This document shows positions 11,291 through 19,086 of a stretch of 64,000 bases of DNA, piece by piece (within the stretch, counting starts at the first letter, position 1; every line of letters begins with the position of its first letter). The DNA lies in assembly GCA_963727455.1 (NCBI GenBank), contig CAVSGG010000010.1:64001-128000 (forward strand), in the 5' to 3' direction. The notes beneath the pieces were generated by a model that was given only the letters and a program-made list of their open reading frames with translations, did no database searches and was not told the origin of the DNA. The stretch comes from Candidatus Krumholzibacteriota bacterium (lineage in GTDB: Bacteria > Krumholzibacteriota > Krumholzibacteriia > JAJRXK01). The translations under genes and the position numbers were made by a program.

Positions 11291-11335
11291 CAAAGTGTCG
11301 GGGCGGGACAGATCGCATCGCGCTGGATCGACATC

Positions 11336-12649
11336 ATGAGGCATCAGCTGCAACGCGTTGACTTAAAACAATTTCTGGAATCCGAGGTCCCCCTGGAGTG
11401 TCTGCGGAGCGGCCTGCGTGCGCAGGTCGGGACCGCACTCGCCGAGGGGGAGGAGCTGTACGCGCTCACCAGGCGCGTGGTGGCAGAATTGCGCGAGTTG
11501 GGTGTCCTGCGTCCAGTGGGACGGCTCCGCGAGGGTCGGCAGAATGTCACGCTCTACGCGGTGGAAGGCTCTCCGCGCGCCTACGACCTGCGGCCACTCA
11601 TGGAGGCGCCGTCGAGCGCGGGCCGCGAGCCAAGCCCTGCGCCCTCGGGCGAGACGCACGAGAATCCTGCGGGGACGCCCGCCGCGCCGCCGTCGGTGGA
11701 AGGCGGAGCCGATGCGGCGGAGCCCTCGGTGAGGGCCCTGACCCTCGCCGCCATCCGCGGCACGTACCAGCGCGATTGGATCAGCTACGGCCTGGATGCC
11801 AGCCTGGAAAACCTCATCCGGGCCCTGCGCAACTCTCTGAGCGATCCCACCCTACGCCTCTTGCTCTGGGGCGAACGTCTCCCCCGCCAACTCGGCCAGG
11901 GCCGGGGATGGCAATTGGCGACGCGCGGGGACAGTTTGAGCCTGGCTCTGGAGCGGGCGCAGGCCGGCGCCCTTCCCGCCGGAGGGATGGTGGCCGAGGG
12001 ATCGCGCTGGTATCCGCTGTGGCTCGACGACCAGCTGGTAGGAGCCTTGGGTGCCGACCCCAAACTCGATCCCGAGCTGGTGGAAGAAGCGGCAGGCGCG
12101 GTGGAGGATCTGATCGCCGCGGTGGGTCGCAGCCAACGCCGCGTGTTCAACGACCCGCTGACCGGCGTGCACAACCGCGGCTTCTTCGATCGACAGTTCT
12201 CAGTGGAGATGGAGCGCAGCCGTCGCTCCGGTCAGCCCTTGGGTCTGCTCTTCGCGGACCTCGATCACTTCAAGGGCATCAACGATGAATACGGCCACGA
12301 GGTGGGAGACATGGTGCTACGCAGCGTGGCCTCGTTGCTCGTCGCACAGTTGCGTCGCATCGACTACGTCTTTCGCTACGGTGGAGAGGAGTTCGCGATT
12401 CTGCTGCCAGGAACCGATCTGGATGAGGCCGTGCGCACCGCGCGACGTCTGTGCAGCGCAGTGCAGGCATCCGAGCTCAGACTCGAAGGCGGTGCTAACT
12501 TGCATGTGAGCCTGAGCATCGGGGTGGCGGTGTTTCCCGAACACGCGGAGGACGAGCGCGTGCTGATGCGGCGCGCCGACCTCGCAATGTATCAGGCAAA
12601 ACAGGAGGGTCGCAATTGCGTGCGGCTGTGGGGGAGCAACGGACCCTGA
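11336..12649 (+). CDS. Diguanylate cyclase (uncharacterised N-terminal domain, Pro/Ala linker, GAF-like region, GGDEF)
   Basis: DPLTGVHNR, DLDHFKGINDEYGHEVGD, I-site RRID, RYGGEEF, SIGVA, ADLAMYQAK. Confidence 0.9.
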   Translation: MRHQLQRVDLKQFLESEVPLECLRSGLRAQVGTALAEGEELYALTRRVVAELRELGVLRPVGRLREGRQNVTLYAVEGSPRAYDLRPLMEAPSSAGREPSPAPSGETHENPAGTPAAPPSVEGGADAAEPSVRALTLAAIRGTYQRDWISYGLDASLENLIRALRNSLSDPTLRLLLWGERLPRQLGQGRGWQLATRGDSLSLALERAQAGALPAGGMVAEGSRWYPLWLDDQLVGALGADPKLDPELVEEAAGAVEDLIAAVGRSQRRVFNDPLTGVHNRGFFDRQFSVEMERSRRSGQPLGLLFADLDHFKGINDEYGHEVGDMVLRSVASLLVAQLRRIDYVFRYGGEEFAILLPGTDLDEAVRTARRLCSAVQASELRLEGGANLHVSLSIGVAVFPEHAEDERVLMRRADLAMYQAKQEGRNCVRLWGSNGP

Positions 12650-12769
12650 GCGCACGGAGCCAAACTTGGATGCGTTCGCGCACGCGCCGCACTATTCTTT
12701 GCCCTAACTCTCTCCGCGTCCCCTTTTCCATCGCCAGTCTCCCCGCAGCGGCCGCGGCGGTCGCTCGCC

Positions 12770-14977
12770 GTGCAACCGCTCTGGTGTCTCTTCCTGGGCA
12801 TTCTCTTGGGGCACGCCGTAGCGGGTCCGCAGATCGAACTCTGCGCGCGAGCGGTGGCGCTCGCGACCTTCCTCGTCCTGAGCTTTGGGGAAGCTCCCCG
12901 GCGCCGCGTGTGGGGTTTGGGACTCCTCTTGGGCCTGGCCGGCGGCCTGCGTCTGCAGGCGGAACTGCATTCGCTCGGGCAGTGGGACGGCTTTTCGGGA
13001 ACGGCGTGCGTCATGGTGGCGCGCAGCACGCCGCAGAGAACCGAAGTCTGGTTGAACGCACCAGAACTTCCGCCGGTGCGCGCAGTGGCGAGTTCGCTCC
13101 ACGGAATCCGGGCGGGGTCGAAAGCGCGCGCAGATCTGCGAAGCTGGCTGCCGAAGGCGCGACGGAATCCCGACGACACCGATCGTCTGCGCGCCGGCCT
13201 TGCGCGTCCGCCGATCCTGCGCGTGAAGTTCTTGCGATCTCCCCAGTGGCAAGAGCCCGCGAACCCGCGAGAGAAGGGGCCGCGCGAATGGTTGCGCCAA
13301 GCGCTGCGCACACGATTGAAAAAGACGATGGGCGAGGGAAGTGCCCTGTGGTCCGCCCTGCTCCTGGGCGATCGCACGGATTTGAGCGAGGGCGCGCGCG
13401 CGCGTTTCCGCCGCTTGGGTCTGGCCCACATGCTGGCGCTCAGCGGACTGCACGTGGGACTGGTGGCTCTGCTGCTTCTGCGGCTGAGCCGAAGAAGCCG
13501 GCGGAAGGCGAGCGGCTGGATCCTGCTCCCGCTCGGCGCCTGGGCGGTCGCGGCTGGCCTCTCGCCCTCGCTGCTCCGCGCGGTGACGATTCTGGCCTGG
13601 TTGATCGCAGGCAGAAGCTTCGGGCGTAGGTGCAGGCCGGTCGATGGCCTGGCCGCCGCGGGGATTCTGGAACTTCTGCTGCGTCCGGAGAGCGTGGTGG
13701 CGCTGGGTTGGTGGTTGAGTTACGCCGCGACCCTCGCGCTCTTGCGGGTAGCGGAGCACCTGCCACGAACGCGCGCGCTCGCCGCTATGGTCGCGGTGAC
13801 GGTGGCTCCCCTGGGCACGCTCCCCTGGACCCTGGGGGTTTTCGGGCGGCTGCCGCTGGCGGCGCCGCTGTGGAACTTGCTCCTGGGTCCTCTCTTCGCC
13901 CTGCTCATGGGTGCCGGCTGTCTCCTGGTTCTCGCCGCACTCCTCTTGCCTGTAACAGCTCCAGCAACTCTAACGATTCTAGCTATTTGTACGCATACCT
14001 TCGGGTATCTTCTGAAACTCGTGGCGGGGCTGGATCCCGGGGGGCTGGGCCATCCCGGTCTGCATGGATGGGCCTGGATCCTCGCCCTCGGGAGCGTGGG
14101 GCTTCTTCTGCTTCCCGATCTGCGCTTTTCCTTCCGGCGCCGGCTGATGGTGGTGGGTTGCCTTCTGCTGCTGGTGCACGCCCGGGTCCTCTTCGCCCCG
14201 GGGGCGAGCTGGTGGAGCCTGGATGTGGGGCAGGGGGACGCAGGCGTCCTGCGCGTGGGCCACGGGGACTGTCTGGTGATCGACTGCGGTCCGGGACCCT
14301 GGCACGGCGGACCGGAACGGGTGATCGTGCCCTACCTGTCCCGGCGCAATCTGAAGGGTGCGTCGCTGGTTCTGACTCACGGTCACCGCGACCACTACGG
14401 GGGAGCGATCGCGTTGCTGCGTTCGCAGCGCATTCGGGATCTCTATCTGGGGGTGGTGGAGAGAGGGCGCCCGTGGACCGGGCCGATTTTGGAAGCCGCG
14501 CGCCGCGCGCAGGTCACGACGCATTGGATCGCCTGTGGCGACTCGCTGAAGGTGGGTGGATGGACTCTGCACTGTCTGTGGCCCTCGGAAGCGGCTGCGA
14601 GCTTGAGCGCCAACAACCGCAGCGTGGTGCTCAGAGGCGGGCCGGACTTCGCGCCGATCCTGTGGACCGGCGATCTGGAGCGGGAGGCGGAGGCGAAGCT
14701 ACTCGCGCGAACGCCAGAGTTGCATTGCGAGGTGTTGAAGGTGGCGCATCACGGCTCGAAAACCGGCAGCTCGAAGGCCCTGCTCGAGCGGCTCTCGGGG
14801 AGCGTCGCCCTCATCTCCTGCGGAGTGGGCAACCGCTATCATCACCCGCACGCGGCCACTCTTCAGGCTCTGCGGGAGCTCGGTTGGCGAGTGCTACGGA
14901 CGGACCGACAGGGGGCGGTAGGGCTAAGGTGGTGGGTCAAGAGCCTGGAAGTTCGCAGTGTGGGGCCGGCGCCTTGA
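12770..14977 (+). CDS. comEC: DNA uptake competence protein ComEC/Rec2
   Basis: Multi-TM competence domain AHMLALSGLHVG, beta-lactamase-like domain LDVGQGDA, THGHRDH, TGDLE, KVAHHGS, NRYHHP, RTDRQGA. Confidence 0.88.
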   Translation: MQPLWCLFLGILLGHAVAGPQIELCARAVALATFLVLSFGEAPRRRVWGLGLLLGLAGGLRLQAELHSLGQWDGFSGTACVMVARSTPQRTEVWLNAPELPPVRAVASSLHGIRAGSKARADLRSWLPKARRNPDDTDRLRAGLARPPILRVKFLRSPQWQEPANPREKGPREWLRQALRTRLKKTMGEGSALWSALLLGDRTDLSEGARARFRRLGLAHMLALSGLHVGLVALLLLRLSRRSRRKASGWILLPLGAWAVAAGLSPSLLRAVTILAWLIAGRSFGRRCRPVDGLAAAGILELLLRPESVVALGWWLSYAATLALLRVAEHLPRTRALAAMVAVTVAPLGTLPWTLGVFGRLPLAAPLWNLLLGPLFALLMGAGCLLVLAALLLPVTAPATLTILAICTHTFGYLLKLVAGLDPGGLGHPGLHGWAWILALGSVGLLLLPDLRFSFRRRLMVVGCLLLLVHARVLFAPGASWWSLDVGQGDAGVLRVGHGDCLVIDCGPGPWHGGPERVIVPYLSRRNLKGASLVLTHGHRDHYGGAIALLRSQRIRDLYLGVVERGRPWTGPILEAARRAQVTTHWIACGDSLKVGGWTLHCLWPSEAAASLSANNRSVVLRGGPDFAPILWTGDLEREAEAKLLARTPELHCEVLKVAHHGSKTGSSKALLERLSGSVALISCGVGNRYHHPHAATLQALRELGWRVLRTDRQGAVGLRWWVKSLEVRSVGPAP

Positions 14978-15002
14978 CGCTGCCAGAGGGCAGCCTTATG
15001 CT
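14974..15002 (+). promoter_or_regulatory. Sigma-70 promoter for purC-purH-guaA; -35 overlaps the comEC stop codon
   Basis: TTGACG-17 nt-TATGCT. Confidence 0.6.
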
Positions 15003-15050
15003 GCCGCCGCGCACGCGCGGGATCTCCCCAAGTTTCGAAAGAGACAGAGC

Positions 15051-15962
15051 ATGAATGGCCCGTTTCCGACCCTGGTCCGCTGCGAGGAGCTCGGACTATC
15101 GCCGGATTACCGCGGAAAAGTCCGCGAGATCTTCGAACTCGGTGACACCCTCCTCCTGGTCGCCACCGACCGCATCAGCGCCTTCGACGTCATCATGAAC
15201 GATCCGGTTCCCGGCCGGGGCGCTCTCCTCACCCAGATGACCCTCGCCTGGTACGATTACTTCGGCAACTCCTTGAAGCACCACCTGATCCACGGAAATG
15301 CTGAGGATTTACCGGAACCTTTCCGGCGCCACGCGGATCGCCTGCGTGGACGCGTGATGCTGGTGCGGCGCGCCAAGCCTCCCGAGCTGGAGGCGGTGGT
15401 GCGCGGCTATCTGGCCGGCAGCGGACTGCGCGACTATCAGGCGAGCGGGGCGGTCTGTGGCCACCAGCTTCCGGCGGGCATGGGGAATTCCGAGAAGTTT
15501 CCCGAGCCCCTCTTTACTCCGGCCACCAAGGCCAAGAGTGGTCACGACGAGAACATCGACGAAACCCGCGCGCGCAAGATCCTGGGCGAGCGGGGATTCG
15601 AAGAGGTACGCGAAAAGAGTCTGTGGATCTACGGGCAAGCCAGCCGCATGGCCAAAGAACACGGAATCATCATCGCCGATACGAAGTTCGAGTTCGGGCT
15701 AGTGGAGGGAGAGTGGATCCTCGTCGACGAACTTCTGACCCCCGACTCCTCGCGCTACTGGGATGCACAACGCTATCAGCCCGGAAGCGAGCAGGACAGC
15801 ATGGACAAGCAGATCCTCCGCAACCACCTGGCGACTCTGGATTGGGACAAGAGCTATCCACCGCCGAAGCTGGATTCCGCCATCCTGGAGCGCACCTACG
15901 AGGTCTATCTCGAAATCTTTCGTCGTCTCTTCCCAGAGCGAGCCCGGGAGTGTGGAGCTTGA
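15051..15962 (+). CDS. purC: SAICAR synthetase
   Basis: YRGKVRE, ATDRISAFD, EAVVRGYLAGSG, FTPATKA..GHDENI, IADTKFEFG, DELLTPDSSRYW. Confidence 0.95.
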   Translation: MNGPFPTLVRCEELGLSPDYRGKVREIFELGDTLLLVATDRISAFDVIMNDPVPGRGALLTQMTLAWYDYFGNSLKHHLIHGNAEDLPEPFRRHADRLRGRVMLVRRAKPPELEAVVRGYLAGSGLRDYQASGAVCGHQLPAGMGNSEKFPEPLFTPATKAKSGHDENIDETRARKILGERGFEEVREKSLWIYGQASRMAKEHGIIIADTKFEFGLVEGEWILVDELLTPDSSRYWDAQRYQPGSEQDSMDKQILRNHLATLDWDKSYPPPKLDSAILERTYEVYLEIFRRLFPERARECGA

Positions 15963-17467
15963 AGAACCAGGCGAAAGCGCTCTTGAGCGTGACCGACAAG
16001 CGCGGTCTTCCCGCGCTGGGGAAAGCGCTCAACGAACACGGCTACGAGTTGCTCGCCTCGGGCGGCACCGCCAAGTGTCTGCGTGAGGCGAATCTCGCGG
16101 TCACCGAAGTGGCCGAGTACACCGGACAGGCCGAGATCCTGGCGGGCCGGGTGAAGACCCTGCACCCCGCGATTGCGGCCGGGATCCTCGCCCCGCACGA
16201 GAGCGATCTTCAAGGCACCGGCTTCTCCGCCATCGATGTCGTCGTAGTCAATCTCTACGACTTTCAGGGCGAGCTGAATCGTGGGGGAAACGAAGAGGCC
16301 CTGGTGGAGTCGATCGACATCGGCGGTCCCACGCTGCTACGGGCCGGCGCGAAAAACTTCCAACGGGTCACCGTTCTCAGCGAACCGGATTCCTATCCCG
16401 CGTTCGTCGAAGAGATGCAGAGACACGAGGGCGGAACCTGTCGCAAGTTTCGCCGTCGGATGGCGCAGAGGGTGTTTCGGCATACCGCGCGTTACGACGC
16501 GCTGATCGCGGAGCATCTCTTCGCTGAGGGCAGCGAAGCGGCGAACGCACATGAGCTGCGCTACGGGGAGAATCCGCATCAGAAAGCCACCTGGAGGGTG
16601 CGGGGGGGAGGGGAGCTGGGTGAGCTCGGGCTCACTCTGCACGGAGGCAAGGAACTCAGCTACAACAACCTCGTGGACCTGGTGGCGGCCCTGAAGCTCG
16701 CGGTCGATTTGCCGCGCAATGCCTGCGCGGTTCTCAAGCACACCAATCCCTGCGGCGTTGGGCTGGGGGATACACCCTTGCGCGCCTTCGAGCGCGCGCT
16801 CGCCGGCGATCCGGTCTCGGCCTTCGGCGGAATCGTGGTCTTTCGCCGCGAGGTGGATGGCCCCACCGCCGCGCGGCTGAAGGGGATGTTCTTGGAGGTG
16901 GTGGCCGCGCCCTCGTTCGACGCAAGCGCGAGGGAGATCCTGGCCAAGAAAAAGAAGCTGCGCGTTCTCAGCGTCGATCTCGCCCGCTTCGCTGCGAGCA
17001 CGAGAGAAGTGGAGCGCCGCTGGGGCCGCCTGGTGCTGAGCCAGGAGGAGGACGAGAACTTCCCCGAGCTCGAGCGTTGGCAGCAGGTGGCGGGACCCGC
17101 GCCCTCCGAGGACATCCTTGCCGCAGCGCGCTTGGCCTGGGTGGTGGCGAAGCACGTGAAGAGCAATGCGATCGTGCTCGCCGACGCGAGCGGAACTCTC
17201 GGGATCGGAGCGGGGCAGATGAGCCGCGTGGATTCCTGCCGCCTCGCGATCGAGAAAGCGCACGACGCCAAGATGGAGCTAGCGGGATGCGCGGCGGCCA
17301 GCGACGGCTTCTTTCCCTTTCCGGACGGCCCCACCGTTCTGGCCGAAGCAGGGGCTGCCGCCATCATCCAACCCGGCGGGTCCATTCGCGACGAAGAGGT
17401 CGTGCAGGCGGCGCAAGAGTTGGGCGTGTGCCTTTTCCATACCGCGGTAAGACACTTCCGTCACTGA
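15959..17467 (+). CDS. purH: Bifunctional AICAR formyltransferase / IMP cyclohydrolase
   Basis: ALLSVTDK, ASGGTA, GRVKTLHP, IDIGGPT, LRYGENPHQ, KHTNPCG, KHVKSNA, ASDGFFPF, QPGGSIRD, RHFRH; TTG start overlapping the purC stop (start approximate). Confidence 0.95.
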   Translation: MKNQAKALLSVTDKRGLPALGKALNEHGYELLASGGTAKCLREANLAVTEVAEYTGQAEILAGRVKTLHPAIAAGILAPHESDLQGTGFSAIDVVVVNLYDFQGELNRGGNEEALVESIDIGGPTLLRAGAKNFQRVTVLSEPDSYPAFVEEMQRHEGGTCRKFRRRMAQRVFRHTARYDALIAEHLFAEGSEAANAHELRYGENPHQKATWRVRGGGELGELGLTLHGGKELSYNNLVDLVAALKLAVDLPRNACAVLKHTNPCGVGLGDTPLRAFERALAGDPVSAFGGIVVFRREVDGPTAARLKGMFLEVVAAPSFDASAREILAKKKKLRVLSVDLARFAASTREVERRWGRLVLSQEEDENFPELERWQQVAGPAPSEDILAAARLAWVVAKHVKSNAIVLADASGTLGIGAGQMSRVDSCRLAIEKAHDAKMELAGCAAASDGFFPFPDGPTVLAEAGAAAIIQPGGSIRDEEVVQAAQELGVCLFHTAVRHFRH

Positions 17468-17480
17468 GAAAGGACGACGA

Positions 17481-19022
17481 ATGAGCCACCGGCCCACCAT
17501 CGTGGTCGTGGACTTCGGTTCCCAGTACAGCCAGCTCATCACGAGACGCCTGCGTGAATTGGGCGCGTTCAGCGAACTCATCACTCCCGCCATGAGCGAA
17601 AGCCTGAGGGACCGCGAGGACCTGGCCGGCATCATTCTCTCTGGAGGCCCCTCGAGTGTCAGCGAAGCGGAAGCGCCGGGCAGTGGAGGAACGCTGGTGG
17701 GATTGGGCAAGCCCGTCCTGGGAATCTGCTACGGGATGCAGCTCATGGCGCAGGAGCTGGGCGGGAAGGTGGAGCGCGCGAAAGGCCGTGAGTACGGCGA
17801 CGCGCGCCTGGAGATCTCGGTTTCAAGTCGTCTTTTCCATTCCACGCCCGCGCTGCAAAACGTGTGGATGAGCCACGGGGACCAGGTGACTCGAGTGCCA
17901 GAGGGTTTCAAGGTCACCGCGCAGTCGGAGGACGGGGTCATCGGCGCGATGGCTGACGAGCTGCGCAATTTCTACGGGCTTCAGTTCCATCCCGAGGTGA
18001 GTCACACCCAGTACGGAATGCACATGCTGGAGAACTTCGTGCGCACCATCTGCAAGGTGGAGGAGGGATGGGACCGCGGGTCCTTCATCGAAGAGGAGAT
18101 CCTCTCGATTCGAAAGAAGGTGGGTGAGGACCGCGTGCTCTGCGCGGTGAGCGGGGGAGTGGATTCCACCGTGATGGCGGTGCTCGTCGATCGCGCGGTG
18201 GGGCCGCAGCTGACCGCCGTATTCGTGGACAATGGACTGTTGCGTCAGGGGGAGGCACCGCGAGTGGCCAAGCGCCTGGGCGCGCTCCTGCACCACCGGC
18301 TCGAGGTCGTCGACGCGCGAGAGATTTTCCTGAGCAGATTGAAGGGCGTGAACGATCCCGAGGAAAAACGGCGAATCATCGGCCACACTTTCATCGACGT
18401 TTTCGAGGAGTCGGCGAAAGCCCACGGCCCCTTCAAATATCTCGCGCAGGGAACCCTCTATCCCGATCGCATCGAAAGCCTCTCGGTAAAGGGTCCGAGC
18501 CACGTCATCAAAACCCATCACAACGTGGGTGGATTGCCCGAGCGGCTCGGCTTTGAACTCATCGAACCGCTGGCGGAGTTGTTCAAGGACGAAGTGCGGG
18601 CCATTGGGGCGCAGCTGAACATCTCCTCCGAGCTGCTCACGAGGCATCCTTTTCCCGGCCCCGGACTGGCGGTTCGCTGTCTGGGGGAAGTGAACGAAGA
18701 GCGCCTCTCACTACTGCGTCAGGCGGACGCGATCTTCATCGAAGAGCTGCGCCGAAGCGGACTCTACGACCGGATCTGGCAGGCGGGTGCGGTGCTTTTG
18801 CCCCTGAAGAGCGTGGGGGTGATGGGCGACGCTCGCAGCTACGAGAGCGTGGTGGCGCTGCGGGCAGTGACGAGCGTGGATGCGATGACCGCGGACTGGG
18901 CGCGGATTCCCGACGAGGTTCTCGCGCGCGTGAGCAGCCGAATCGTCCGCGAAGTTCCCGGGGTCAATCGCGTGGTCTACGACATCTCCTCCAAACCCCC
19001 CTCGACCATCGAGTGGGAGTGA
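17481..19022 (+). CDS. guaA: GMP synthase (glutamine-hydrolysing)
   Basis: DFGSQY, LGICYGMQ, QFHPEV, SGGVDS, IKTHHNVGGLP, PFPGPGL, KPPSTIEWE. Confidence 0.97.
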   Translation: MSHRPTIVVVDFGSQYSQLITRRLRELGAFSELITPAMSESLRDREDLAGIILSGGPSSVSEAEAPGSGGTLVGLGKPVLGICYGMQLMAQELGGKVERAKGREYGDARLEISVSSRLFHSTPALQNVWMSHGDQVTRVPEGFKVTAQSEDGVIGAMADELRNFYGLQFHPEVSHTQYGMHMLENFVRTICKVEEGWDRGSFIEEEILSIRKKVGEDRVLCAVSGGVDSTVMAVLVDRAVGPQLTAVFVDNGLLRQGEAPRVAKRLGALLHHRLEVVDAREIFLSRLKGVNDPEEKRRIIGHTFIDVFEESAKAHGPFKYLAQGTLYPDRIESLSVKGPSHVIKTHHNVGGLPERLGFELIEPLAELFKDEVRAIGAQLNISSELLTRHPFPGPGLAVRCLGEVNEERLSLLRQADAIFIEELRRSGLYDRIWQAGAVLLPLKSVGVMGDARSYESVVALRAVTSVDAMTADWARIPDEVLARVSSRIVREVPGVNRVVYDISSKPPSTIEWE

Positions 19023-19024
19023 GT

Positions 19025-19054
19025 TTGGTCCGGCTTCCGCGCCTTCCGTATACT
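19025..19054 (+). promoter_or_regulatory. Putative sigma-70 promoter for the M6 protease
   Basis: TTGGTC-18 nt-TATACT. Confidence 0.4.
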
Positions 19055-19086
19055 TTGTGAAGGTCACCTTGTCCAGCCGAGGATTC

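Noticed and set aside
12666-12682. GG-N10-GC upstream of comEC as a sigma-54 promoter
   Set aside because: Flanking bases (TGGATG..GCGC) match the consensus poorly; likely chance in GC-rich DNA.
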